A program made the position numbers and the translations under genes. From contig OZ242195.1 in the NCBI GenBank assembly GCA_965205975.1, positions 1,664,001 to 1,728,000 on the forward strand: a stretch of DNA of 64,000 bases, read 5' to 3'. This DNA comes from Candidatus Latescibacterota bacterium. Its GTDB lineage: Bacteria > Latescibacterota > UBA2968. Each line of letters opens with the position of its first letter. Position 1 is the first letter of the stretch. Shown piece after piece: positions 1-9,949 of the stretch. Under the pieces are notes generated by a model that was not told the origin of the DNA, made no database searches, and worked only from the letters and a program-made list of their open reading frames with translations.

Positions 1-534
1 CGCCTGACCAGGCAATTTGCGATGATGGGCGTCAGGGCCATGTTCTTTTTAGACGTGGATAATGTGTTTAATCTCAAGCGACTCAATAGCAGTTCTGCCA
101 ACCCGGGGCTCGAAGACTGGGAATTCTATATGGTATCCCTGCATTTGCCAGAAGACACATTTGGCGAGTTCGAACCGCCCTATCAGTTCATTCCCGGCAA
201 TGACTCACCCGGCAGTTTCAGAGATTACGGCACGCAATTTGTGCCCATTGAAATTGTCAATGCAGCTGGCGATTTGCCCGCCAATGGATTGCCCGGCGAT
301 GCGGAAATCACGGCTGTACTGCCCACGGGCCTCGAACCCGACCGCCGCGTGTTGTGGTATGTGCAGGAAACCGGGCAATATCACGAATATCAAAACGGAA
401 ACTGGGCGCAGGCCAATCAGGACTTTGTAGATGAAGTCCTGGACAATAAGCTGTATATCGACATGCCCAACAACGACACTATCTGGTTCTTGAACCCGCG
501 CCGCGTGAACCTGGGCTTGCGGTTCTCGTTCTAA
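1..534 (+). CDS. TonB-dependent receptor-like outer-membrane protein, C-terminal part (5' end outside window)
   Basis: Frame open from the window edge; ends NPRRVNLGLRFSF (terminal beta-strand with C-terminal Phe); FFLDVDNVFN...N motif; lies upstream of a CTD protein and PorV. Confidence 0.75.
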   Translation, partial: RLTRQFAMMGVRAMFFLDVDNVFNLKRLNSSSANPGLEDWEFYMVSLHLPEDTFGEFEPPYQFIPGNDSPGSFRDYGTQFVPIEIVNAAGDLPANGLPGDAEITAVLPTGLEPDRRVLWYVQETGQYHEYQNGNWAQANQDFVDEVLDNKLYIDMPNNDTIWFLNPRRVNLGLRFSF

Positions 535-584
535 ATTCAAATGCAACCACAGAGTTTATCTCTGGTTTCAACAGGAGAAGTATA

Positions 585-2759
585 ATGAACAGATTGTTAA
601 AACCGCTGGTTGGAGCAGCTTTTGCACTTGTGGCTCTGGTGTTCTGGGGCCAGCCAGCCAAAGTACAGGCGCAGGCTGACCTGGCGTGGTTGGATGTGGG
701 CGATTATCACTATCGATACGCCTCGACAGGCACAGAGCCTTCAATCACAAGCCCTCCGTTCCGGGCACGTGTGAAATACTGGCCCGGTATTTATTTTCGA
801 GAGGGTGGAACCCATGTGCGTTCGCGTCACTATATTGGTGTGAGAGATTTTATAGATGAAAATGGCCAACCCTGGCCATTTAAGGTCGCCCGTGCGGGAC
901 CGCGCGTATTTGACCTGGGCGAACACTTTGCCCTGCAAATGGAACTGATCGGCAAATTTGACAAACCCGACGTGTTTGTCGATGGGTTTCAATCTTTTCC
1001 CAGGCCCACAGTATTGACCCGCGTCGATCCTTCTATTCCATCAGATCGAATGATCATTCGCGGTGCCCATACCAATGTAGGCATTACCTGGGAAGAGAGG
1101 ATCTACGCATTTTCCAATCCCTATCACGATGACTACCACATCCGGGAAATAACCTGGACAAATACGGGCAATGTCGATGCCGATGAAGAGATCGAATTGC
1201 CCGATCAAACCGCGAACGAGGTGATGTTGTCCTTTGCCGCCAAAGAGCACCTATGGGGACCTCGCGGAGTTACGGGTGCGGGTGTCTCCGGCACAATGTG
1301 GGATTATGTGGGCGACGGCAAGGAGCCTCTGGGCAAATGGGAAGGCATACGCGCCACGCTCGGCTGGATGGGCAATGGTACGAATGTGTCCTTCCTGAAC
1401 CGCCTTGGAGGTCCTACCTGGAGAGGTGGGCGCGGAAATGCTAACTATCGGATTACAGAAGGCGATTCCATTGGTCGGCTCGGCGGTGCTTATATGCTGA
1501 CCCGCGCGATCTTGCACGCAGATACAAGCCCAGCAGATCCGACAAATGATCCTGGACAGCCCAGAACTACGGGCTTCACCCGAGGCGGCGAATCGAATAC
1601 CAACCCGTCGTTTGGCGATGCCGAACAGATGGCAGACACCTACCATTTTATGCACCCGGACCTGAGCTATGCCGAATATGGCAACCCGGGTGACGATGGG
1701 CACTTTTTCCCGCACGAAGCCGACCGTTCAGCGCCGACAGAGCCTGCGGGTCCTTTCGATTCGGAATCGTGGTACGAACGCATGGGGGCACAAACTGATG
1801 TCTCTCGCATGAGAAGTGGAGGTATGGTGCCAGTGTTTGCCTTTGGTCCCTACACACTGGCTCCGGGCGAAAGTGTCAGTGCGGTCTGGATTGAAGGTAT
1901 GCACGGACTGAACCGGGATGTGGCTGTTGCAGTGGGCACGGCTTACAAAAATTCGGGTTATGACGATACACTGCCCATTACCTATGAAGGCCAGACCCAC
2001 ACGAAAAATCGCTGGGTACTGGGCTCCCGGGATTCGATCTATCACATGATCCGAAGAGCAACGGCAAACTGGCAATCGGGGTATAATATTCCACATCCCC
2101 CACTACCGCCCAGAGTTTTCAATGTGCAGTCCGGCTCTGATCAAATTGTGCTTTCGTGGGAGACCTTTGCCAATGCCAATCACACGGGTTTTGAGATCTG
2201 GCGCACGCGCAACTTGTTCGAAGGCAATGTGCAAGACCTCTGGGAATACCAGTTGATCGCCACCCTGGGGGCAGGGGACCGCGAATACGTAGATACGGAC
2301 GTGGTGCGCGGCATCAGTTATTTCTACTATATCCAATCCGTAGGACAGGTGAACAGCGATGGAACTGGACTCACGCCCACCGGCATGGTGATGAAAAGCA
2401 GCCGGTATTATACGCAGACCTATGATCCCGCGTTTTTGAAGCGTCCGCCCGGCGGCGTAATGAGTGACGTGCGCGTTGTGCCCAATCCTTATGTACTGGA
2501 AGCCGATCAGAATATTCGATTCCCAGACCAGCAGGACAAGCTGGCATTCTTCGAAATTCCGGGTGAATGTACCATCCAGATTTTCAGCGAACTGGGAGAA
2601 TCGATTTTCACCATCGAGCACACAGATGGCACAGGGGATGAATTTTGGAACCTGACCACAGAATCGAATCAGGTGATTACAAGCGGCATTTATTTTGCGG
2701 TGATCACAGACCTTCAGACCGGCGAAAAGATAATCAAAAAATTCGTCGTTATTCGTTAA
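585..2759 (+). CDS. Secreted protein with FN3-like domain and C-terminal T9SS/FlgD-Ig-like sorting domain
   Basis: Signal peptide (AKVQA-Q); PPLPP...IVLSWE...GFEIWR FN3-like segment; C-terminal VRVVPNPY...TIQIFS..GE...WNL...SGIYF...KFVVIR; RBS AGGAG. Confidence 0.75.
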   Translation: MNRLLKPLVGAAFALVALVFWGQPAKVQAQADLAWLDVGDYHYRYASTGTEPSITSPPFRARVKYWPGIYFREGGTHVRSRHYIGVRDFIDENGQPWPFKVARAGPRVFDLGEHFALQMELIGKFDKPDVFVDGFQSFPRPTVLTRVDPSIPSDRMIIRGAHTNVGITWEERIYAFSNPYHDDYHIREITWTNTGNVDADEEIELPDQTANEVMLSFAAKEHLWGPRGVTGAGVSGTMWDYVGDGKEPLGKWEGIRATLGWMGNGTNVSFLNRLGGPTWRGGRGNANYRITEGDSIGRLGGAYMLTRAILHADTSPADPTNDPGQPRTTGFTRGGESNTNPSFGDAEQMADTYHFMHPDLSYAEYGNPGDDGHFFPHEADRSAPTEPAGPFDSESWYERMGAQTDVSRMRSGGMVPVFAFGPYTLAPGESVSAVWIEGMHGLNRDVAVAVGTAYKNSGYDDTLPITYEGQTHTKNRWVLGSRDSIYHMIRRATANWQSGYNIPHPPLPPRVFNVQSGSDQIVLSWETFANANHTGFEIWRTRNLFEGNVQDLWEYQLIATLGAGDREYVDTDVVRGISYFYYIQSVGQVNSDGTGLTPTGMVMKSSRYYTQTYDPAFLKRPPGGVMSDVRVVPNPYVLEADQNIRFPDQQDKLAFFEIPGECTIQIFSELGESIFTIEHTDGTGDEFWNLTTESNQVITSGIYFAVITDLQTGEKIIKKFVVIR

Positions 2760-2774
2760 GAATGGAGTATTTCA

Positions 2775-3830
2775 ATGACCAGAAAATTTCTTACACTTGT
2801 CGCGCTGAGTCTGATGTGTCTGACGCCGCTCTATGCACAGGACCCTGTGGATACGACAGATCCAGACGATCTTCCCGTGCCCGAACCGGGACAGGATCTT
2901 CCGCGCGAACGCCGCGCACAAGCGGGCTTTAAGTTTTTGAGCGTATCGCCCGATGCGCGCGCCGCCGCCATGGGCGATGCGTATTCCGCATTGAGAGTGG
3001 GGGCATCGGCGATGTTTTACAACCCCGCATCAATGGCGTATGCCACTCGCAAATTTCAACTCGCCGCCGGTCAGATCCAGTGGATCGCAGATGTGACCTA
3101 CAACATGGGTAGTGTCGCATTGAATACGGATTGGGGCGTTTTCGGATTGTCAATGATTTCCGTCAATTACGGCGATTTTGAGCGCACCATCCGCGCAGAC
3201 AACGAAAAGGGATTCCTCGACGTGGGTACGTATAGCCCATCTGCCTGGGCAATCGGACTCGGTTATGCCCGCGCAATTACTGACCGATTTTCTGTGGGCG
3301 GCAATATACGCATCGCCAAGCAATCCTTCGGCAATGTTCCCGTGGGGCTTGAAGGCGCATCACCTGTAAACAAAACTTTTGACGAGCGCTCGACCATTGT
3401 CGATTTTGGCGTGCTCTACTGGACGGGATATAAGAGCCTGACATTGGCGCTGAACACGCGAAATTTCTCTCAGGAAAACAAGTATAGCGAAGAGAGTTTT
3501 GAATTGCCGCTGACATTCCGCATGGGGTTGGCGATGGATTTGATCGATTTCACGGATATGGACAAGGATACCCATTCCATCATTCTATCGCTGGACACCG
3601 AGCGCCCGCGCGACTTTTCCGAGCAAGTCAAAATCGGGGTGGATTATACGATTATGAAAACCCTGTCTTTGCGCGCCGGATATATAACGCCAACCGATGA
3701 ACAGGGCATCTCTCTGGGCGTCGGCTTTGGCCGCGACCTGGGCAGCCTCGCTTTGCGCGTGGATTATGCGTACACCGATTTTGGCGTATTTGACGGTGTC
3801 AACCGCTTGACGCTTCAGGCGGGCTTTTAG
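2775..3830 (+). CDS. PorV/PorQ-family (UPF0164-like) outer-membrane beta-barrel
   Basis: FLSVSPDARAAAMGDA, MFYNPA, LRAGY, VDYAY motifs; terminal Phe; signal peptide. Confidence 0.85.
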   Translation: MTRKFLTLVALSLMCLTPLYAQDPVDTTDPDDLPVPEPGQDLPRERRAQAGFKFLSVSPDARAAAMGDAYSALRVGASAMFYNPASMAYATRKFQLAAGQIQWIADVTYNMGSVALNTDWGVFGLSMISVNYGDFERTIRADNEKGFLDVGTYSPSAWAIGLGYARAITDRFSVGGNIRIAKQSFGNVPVGLEGASPVNKTFDERSTIVDFGVLYWTGYKSLTLALNTRNFSQENKYSEESFELPLTFRMGLAMDLIDFTDMDKDTHSIILSLDTERPRDFSEQVKIGVDYTIMKTLSLRAGYITPTDEQGISLGVGFGRDLGSLALRVDYAYTDFGVFDGVNRLTLQAGF

Positions 3831-3851
3831 ACTCTATTCCCCGCCATTTTG

Positions 3852-3886
3852 AAAAGGGAGCCAGTTTTTGACCGGCTCCCTTTTTT
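3852..3886 (+). terminator. Rho-independent terminator
   Basis: aaaagggagcc...ggctccctttttt stem-loop with T-tract after the PorV gene. Confidence 0.85.
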
Positions 3887-3921
3887 ACGTGAAGTCCACA
3901 GGCTAATCTCTGACTCCTACC

Positions 3922-5892
3922 ATGGCAGAATCCACACAAAATATTCAGACCCAAAAGCTGAGTAGCAGGAGTTTACGCACGTATCGAACCGCCCTTGCAT
4001 CGGTCGCCATGATCCTGGTCAGTGTGCTGTGGAATGAGTGGATGCCGTATTACACATCGGGATCCAATATCAGCCGCAGCCATTTTCCCGTAGCGCTCTA
4101 CTATCCCTTTTTGATTTTGTGTATATGTAACTTGCTGGCAAATCATCGGCAGTTGACCTGGGCATTGACGCGATCGGAATTGCTGGTGGTCCTGGCTTCT
4201 GGACTGGTCGGCATCTCGGTGTCTTACGACGGGGTCAGTGGGCATCTGGTCGGCGTGGTAGCCGCGCCCTATTATTTCGCCTCAACGGAAAACGGCTGGA
4301 CGACGTACTTGCTCGAACATATCCCGCACTGGCAGGTGCCGACCAATGCGGGCGGAGAGATGACGCGGTTTTACGAGGGCGGACAGGGAACATTCCCCTG
4401 GCGCGTATGGGTCGCACCGATATTCTGGTGGATGTGCTTCCTGGGCGCGATGGGATTTGCGGTATTCAGCGTGGTGGTGATTTTGCGAAAGCAATGGGTG
4501 GATTACGAGCGGTTGGCATATCCGCTTGTCGAGGTGGGAAGCCTACTGACCGAGACTGAGCCGGGTGGCACGCTGGAAAAAATGCTTCGATCCCCATTGT
4601 TCTGGATAGCGTTTGGCCTGGTGATGGCGTTAAAGATGTGGAATATTGGATCTTATTTTTCTCCTGCTTTCCCGCATATTTCTATTGAGGGAATGAACTG
4701 GCGGGCTTTTCCCGATTTTCCAGCATTGCCCTTTCGCCTCAGTTTTTACGCCATAGGTTTTGGCTATTTTGCGCGATTAGATGTATTGTTCAGCGTGTGG
4801 TTTTTTATCGTCTTGACGGCATTTCAGATCTATGCCTCGAATATTTTCGGATACCCTCTCGGTTCATCCAGTCTGCACTGGGAAAATGAGCTATTAAACT
4901 GGCAGAGCATGGGCGCACTCATTTTTCTCGCAGTATGGGGTTTGTGGATGGCGCGCGCACACTTGAAGGCCGTGTGGCGCAAAGCGTGGGATCCGAGTTG
5001 TGAAATAGATGACCGCGGAGAGTTATTGTCATATCGCACGGCTGTATTTGGCCTTGTGCTCTCGCTCGTATTTGCAACGTGCTGGCTGGTTGCAACCGGC
5101 ATGGCGTTATGGGTCGCGATAGTATTTCTGATTCTGGCAATGTTGTTATTCTTGGGCCTGGCACGCGCTGTTTCCGAACTGGGTCTGGTCTATGCCTATT
5201 ATCGGTTGGAACCAAATGACGCGGTCGTGCAGGCATTTGGCTCGGCGTCAATCATGGGGGTTTCGAGCATCATCGCGCTGGCATTTATGCGGGTATTCAA
5301 TTTTTTTCCCGACATCGGCAAAGGCTTTTTGATGCCGTCGTTTTCGCAGGCGGTGAAAGCAGTGGATAAGACCGTAACACCCCGGCGGATTACAGGCGTG
5401 ATCTGGGCATCGCTCGCCGTGGGCTTTGTGATTTCGATTGTCAACACGCTCTACTTGAGTTATGAATACGGGGCGTACAATCTGGGAAATATGGGCCTCA
5501 AACACGTTGGCCCGCGGGCATTTGATTTTGCGATGAACGCGATCCGCAATCCCCTGGGGCTCGGAGGTGATGGCCGCGTGATGTGGGCGGGAGTTGGCGC
5601 CAGTGCGATGGCGATTTTGACTGTAGTTCGCTACTGGATCCCTGCCTGGCCGCTGCATCCAATTGGCCTGGCCATGCAAGGGAACTACGGCGTGAGTAAA
5701 ACCGTATTCTCAGTATTTATTGTGTGGTCAATCAAAGTTGTTGTGATGAAGATGGGCGGTGTACAGCTATACGAAAAAGGAAAACCGTTTTTCATCGGCC
5801 TGCTGGCAGCGCAAGCATTCAGCACCGGGCTGGTATTTGTCATAGATTGCATCTGGTTCCCCTTGCAGGGACACAATGTACACAATTTCTAA
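3922..5892 (+). CDS. DUF6785/DUF6784-type polytopic membrane protein (putative transporter), copy 1
   Basis: 656 aa, many TM segments; LRKQWVDYERLAYPL, WPLHPIG, YEKGKPFFIGL motifs. Confidence 0.7.
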   Translation: MAESTQNIQTQKLSSRSLRTYRTALASVAMILVSVLWNEWMPYYTSGSNISRSHFPVALYYPFLILCICNLLANHRQLTWALTRSELLVVLASGLVGISVSYDGVSGHLVGVVAAPYYFASTENGWTTYLLEHIPHWQVPTNAGGEMTRFYEGGQGTFPWRVWVAPIFWWMCFLGAMGFAVFSVVVILRKQWVDYERLAYPLVEVGSLLTETEPGGTLEKMLRSPLFWIAFGLVMALKMWNIGSYFSPAFPHISIEGMNWRAFPDFPALPFRLSFYAIGFGYFARLDVLFSVWFFIVLTAFQIYASNIFGYPLGSSSLHWENELLNWQSMGALIFLAVWGLWMARAHLKAVWRKAWDPSCEIDDRGELLSYRTAVFGLVLSLVFATCWLVATGMALWVAIVFLILAMLLFLGLARAVSELGLVYAYYRLEPNDAVVQAFGSASIMGVSSIIALAFMRVFNFFPDIGKGFLMPSFSQAVKAVDKTVTPRRITGVIWASLAVGFVISIVNTLYLSYEYGAYNLGNMGLKHVGPRAFDFAMNAIRNPLGLGGDGRVMWAGVGASAMAILTVVRYWIPAWPLHPIGLAMQGNYGVSKTVFSVFIVWSIKVVVMKMGGVQLYEKGKPFFIGLLAAQAFSTGLVFVIDCIWFPLQGHNVHNF

Positions 5893-5898
5893 AGCACA

Positions 5899-6945
5899 AT
5901 GATTACGAGAAGAACATTTATACAGCAAAGCCTCGCAACTGCAGGCGCACTGGCAATTGCACCGTCGGCTTTTGCATCAGCGCCACAGGTGATGACTGTA
6001 ACCGGACCGATAGCTCCCGAGCAAATGGGGTTCACCCTCCCCCACGAACACATCATGTCCATTTTTGGTGGGCAACCGGTCAAAGTGGCGCAATACGACG
6101 AAGAAAAATTATTCGCTAAGGTTATCCCCTATCTCAAAATGTTAAAAGTATTTGGCGTGCAAACGCTTTGTGAATGCACGGGGGCTTATTTTGGACGTCG
6201 CGTGGATTTGCTCCGGCGCATCTCACAAGAAACCGGGATGCAAATACTGACCAATACCGGATACTTTGGCGCAGCGCACGATCGCTATGTGCCAGCGCAC
6301 GCCTTTGAAGAAACAGTTGATCAAATTGCCCAACGCTGGATTGATGAATGGGAAAACGGGATTGACGGGACAGATATTCGCCCGGGATTTATCAAAATTG
6401 GCGTTGACCCCGGCATGCCCTCTGACATAGACAAAAAACTCATTTTGGCAGCGGGCAAAACCCATCTCAAAACGGGCCTGACAATTGTCTCGCACACAAG
6501 TGGCAGTACGGATGCGGCTGTCGAGCAGGTTGCGATGCTCGAACAAATGGGCGTCCATCCCGAGGCATGGATCTGGGCACACGCACAACGCGTCAAAGAT
6601 CCCGCCGACTTACCTCCGGTTGCACAGGCAGGTGCGTGGATCGGACTGGATAGCATTCGCGACGAAACCCTCAATCAGCATCTCGATATGCTGCGCCACC
6701 TGAGAAGATTTGGCGTTTTGCACCGGGTTTTGCTTTCTCACGACGGCAATTCATTTGGATATGGCGACCGTCCCTTTAAGCCTTATAACGCCATTTTTGA
6801 TCAATTTATTCCACTGATGCGAAAAGCGAATTTTACCGATGAAGAAATCCACCGGATCACAGTAGAAAATCCGCAAGAAGCTTATGCCATTCGAGTTCGG
6901 AAAAGTCAAGTGCAACCACAGATGAACACAGATGAACACAGATAA
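5899..6945 (+). CDS. Phosphotriesterase-family (PTE/PLL) metallohydrolase, Tat-exported
   Basis: TRRTFI Tat motif; TLPHEH, GFIKIG, SHT, WAHA, LLSHD metal-ligand motifs. Confidence 0.9.
   Translation: MITRRTFIQQSLATAGALAIAPSAFASAPQVMTVTGPIAPEQMGFTLPHEHIMSIFGGQPVKVAQYDEEKLFAKVIPYLKMLKVFGVQTLCECTGAYFGRRVDLLRRISQETGMQILTNTGYFGAAHDRYVPAHAFEETVDQIAQRWIDEWENGIDGTDIRPGFIKIGVDPGMPSDIDKKLILAAGKTHLKTGLTIVSHTSGSTDAAVEQVAMLEQMGVHPEAWIWAHAQRVKDPADLPPVAQAGAWIGLDSIRDETLNQHLDMLRHLRRFGVLHRVLLSHDGNSFGYGDRPFKPYNAIFDQFIPLMRKANFTDEEIHRITVENPQEAYAIRVRKSQVQPQMNTDEHR
6917..6945 (+). repeat. Short tandem repeat CACAGATGAA x about 3
   Basis: cacagatgaa cacagatgaa cacagataa; supplies the tail and stop codon of the PTE gene. 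Confidence 0.85.
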
Positions 6946-7044
6946 AAAGCAAAAGAGCGGGAGGTTGAGGGGTTGGGTCTAATAGCTGACTGCTGATAGC
7001 CTGGGCTGCTGGGGGTTGGGCGGCCTAACCAACCGGAGATAATC

Positions 7045-8487
7045 ATGAACAGACGCGAATTTATCAAACAAACTGCCGTCGCGACCGTTGCAATGCCATC
7101 GCTCCTTCGGGCGCAGGCAGATGATCGCCCCAATATTGTATTGTTTTTAGCCGACGATATGACGTGGCGAGACTGCGGCGTATATGGCAATGCAGAAGTG
7201 CAAACGCCAAATCTGGATCGCTTGGCGCGTGAAGGCAGGCGTTTTGATGGCTGTTTTACCTCCACGTCCATTTGCGCGCCCACGCGGCAGCAGTTGTACA
7301 CGGGAATGTTTCCAGTACGCAATGGCGCGTATCCCCAGGGGGGATTTGTGCGTACGGGCGTTAAGAGCATGGCACATCATTTCAAAACACTGGGCTATCG
7401 CATTGGAATCATTGGCAAGCAACACTACGGACCGCCCGAATCGTTTCCATTTGAAGTATTGAAAACAACCAGCACCAATGAATTGCTGGACACCGATGCG
7501 TCAATCCGCGTTATTCAAGAATTCATCAATCGAGAACCGGGACAGCCCTATTGTCTGGTCGTCGCATCGCGCAACCCCCATTTGCCATATACAAAGGGAC
7601 CGCAGGATCTGTACGATCCAGACAAAGTGACCATTCCACCGTATTTAATCGACACCCCGGAAACGCGAAAACGATTGGCGGCGTATTATGCAGAAATTAC
7701 CGCACTGGACGCCGAGTTAGGCCGATGTATGCAAGTCATATCGGATAACACCCTCGTAGTTTTCTCAACAGAACAGGGATCGGCATTCCCCTATGGCGGC
7801 AAGTGGACGTGTTATGAAAACGGATTGCACACCGGATTAATCATGCGATGGCCGGGCAAAATTGAGGCGGGTTCTTCCTGCGATGCCCTCGTGCAATATG
7901 TGGATATATTGCCAACGCTCCTACAAGTTGCAGGTGGCGATCCCACGCAAGTCGATACGGGCAGGGCAGGCGCGCCAGACGGGGGTTCTGGATTTGACGG
8001 GAAAAGTTTTTGGCATCTCGCCATGGGAAATGGCAATCACCACCGGGATTACGTATATGGCACTTATACAAATCGCGGTGTTCGAGACGGAACAGATTAT
8101 CCGATTCGCTCGGTGCGCTCCAACAGATACAAATATATTGCAAATCTCAATCACGAAGGTGTGTTTCAGTGCAATGTGACGCGATTTATGGACGAAATGG
8201 GATGGGCAGAGGCAGCCGAAAAAAATCCAGCCCTCGCCCCCCGGGTACACGCCTTGAGGCATCGCCCGGCAGTGGAATTTTACGACCTAAAAAACGATCC
8301 CTACGAGTTGAAAAACTTATCTGAAGATGCACAATACGCAGATATCATGAAAGAACTGCGAACCGAACTCGATACGTGGATGGCGCAACAAAATGACCGC
8401 GGTATGGAGACAGAATTGGAAGCGTATGCCCACGTAAATCCGGCATCGGCAAAGTACAAGCAATATCGTGAATCCCAAGATCAATAA
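7045..8487 (+). CDS. Formylglycine-dependent sulfatase (S1; SGSH/N-sulfoglucosamine sulfohydrolase-like), Tat-exported
   Basis: NRREFI Tat motif; PNIVLFLADD; CAPTR (CxPxR); GKQH; EFYDLKNDPYELKNL. Confidence 0.92.
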   Translation: MNRREFIKQTAVATVAMPSLLRAQADDRPNIVLFLADDMTWRDCGVYGNAEVQTPNLDRLAREGRRFDGCFTSTSICAPTRQQLYTGMFPVRNGAYPQGGFVRTGVKSMAHHFKTLGYRIGIIGKQHYGPPESFPFEVLKTTSTNELLDTDASIRVIQEFINREPGQPYCLVVASRNPHLPYTKGPQDLYDPDKVTIPPYLIDTPETRKRLAAYYAEITALDAELGRCMQVISDNTLVVFSTEQGSAFPYGGKWTCYENGLHTGLIMRWPGKIEAGSSCDALVQYVDILPTLLQVAGGDPTQVDTGRAGAPDGGSGFDGKSFWHLAMGNGNHHRDYVYGTYTNRGVRDGTDYPIRSVRSNRYKYIANLNHEGVFQCNVTRFMDEMGWAEAAEKNPALAPRVHALRHRPAVEFYDLKNDPYELKNLSEDAQYADIMKELRTELDTWMAQQNDRGMETELEAYAHVNPASAKYKQYRESQDQ

Positions 8488-8503
8488 AAAACAGGAGTAT
8501 TTT

Positions 8504-9940
8504 GTGTCCACAGATAGAACAGATCAAAAAGCAGCACCCTGGGGCGAGGGCGAACCCATTGGACGTGAGTATCCGTCGATACCACTGCTCGAAAAAATCG
8601 CTTATGGCGTCGGCGTCTTGCCGATGAATACAAGTGTCAATTCGATCAAAAAGCTCTCAGGCCCCATTTTTAATATTACACTGGGCATGCATCCATCTAA
8701 GGTTGGCACTGTCCTGTTGCTCTCCCGAGGCTGGGATGCGATTACCGATCCCTTTATGGGATGGCTTTCGGACAACACAAAATCTCGCTGGGGCCGGCGC
8801 AGACCCTATCTCTTGTTGGGCGCGATTTTGACAGCCATTGGCTACTCACTCATCTTGAACGTGCCCCAAGGACTGAATCAAGACGCACTGTTTGCGTATT
8901 TTCTAATTGGCAGCCTGGCACTCTATACCTGTGTCACCATTTTACAGGTATCCTACAACAGCCTGGGCTTTGAACTGAGCCACAATTATCACGAGCGGAC
9001 AAATATCTTTGCGTACCGCTCGTTTTTCCAGCAGATCAGCACCATTCTCGTGGGCTATCTCTTTTATTTTTGTACGCTCGATATTTTTGGCGACACCATG
9101 ACAGGAGCCAAATATGTCGGCATTGGCGTTGGACTGGTCATTTTTATATTTCTGTTGCCCACTATTTTCCTCGTGCGCGAAGGCCACTCAGAACAGGCGG
9201 CCAAACAGGAAAAAGTACCCGTCTGGTGGGCTATTAAAACAACCATGAAGACCAAACCATTTCTGGTTCTCAGCGGTTTGACAGTCGTAACCATTTTTGG
9301 TGGTAATTTCACACTGGCATTGGGACCTTATGTCAACATTTATCACGTTGCTCAGGGCGATGTAAAATTTGGAGCCGAGATACAGGGGCACGCAATTCTC
9401 ATCGGAACTATCGTGTCCTTCGCCGCCATTCCCGTATTGGCCTATTTGTCTCCTCGGATCGGAAAGGTCAAAACCCTTGGGATTTCAATCTCCTCCCTTC
9501 TCCTCGGTTCTATCTTAAAGTGGTTTTGCTATACGCCAGCAATGCCCTATTTGCAACTTATCGTACAGCCTTTTATCCGCATCGGCGAGATGGGCTTCTG
9601 GCTTATTATTACGTCGATGAAAGCCGATATCTGCGATTGGGACGAGTGGAAAACCGGCTTTCGGCGAGAAGGCATGTACGGCGCGGCAACGGGCTGGTTT
9701 CAAAAAGTAACACAGGCGACGACATTCGCGCTCGGGCAGGGATATATTCTGGCAATCATCGGATTTGACGCTACAAAAGGCGTGGCGCAGGATCCGGGCG
9801 TAATGTTCTGGATGCGCTTTCTCTTTGCCGTATTGCCCGCGGTCCTGGCCGTGGCGGGATTGATCTTATTGAAATTTTATGAAATCGACGACGAAAAAGC
9901 CAAAGAGATTAAGGCAGATTTGGATAAACGAAATAACTAA
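8504..9940 (+). CDS. MFS transporter, GPH/MelB (glycoside-pentoside-hexuronide) family
   Basis: WDAITDPFMGWLSDNTKSRWGRRRPY and DWDEWKTGFRREG motifs; GTG start at 8504 after AGGAG. Confidence 0.9.
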   Translation: MSTDRTDQKAAPWGEGEPIGREYPSIPLLEKIAYGVGVLPMNTSVNSIKKLSGPIFNITLGMHPSKVGTVLLLSRGWDAITDPFMGWLSDNTKSRWGRRRPYLLLGAILTAIGYSLILNVPQGLNQDALFAYFLIGSLALYTCVTILQVSYNSLGFELSHNYHERTNIFAYRSFFQQISTILVGYLFYFCTLDIFGDTMTGAKYVGIGVGLVIFIFLLPTIFLVREGHSEQAAKQEKVPVWWAIKTTMKTKPFLVLSGLTVVTIFGGNFTLALGPYVNIYHVAQGDVKFGAEIQGHAILIGTIVSFAAIPVLAYLSPRIGKVKTLGISISSLLLGSILKWFCYTPAMPYLQLIVQPFIRIGEMGFWLIITSMKADICDWDEWKTGFRREGMYGAATGWFQKVTQATTFALGQGYILAIIGFDATKGVAQDPGVMFWMRFLFAVLPAVLAVAGLILLKFYEIDDEKAKEIKADLDKRNN

Positions 9941-9949
9941 GTGAAAATC

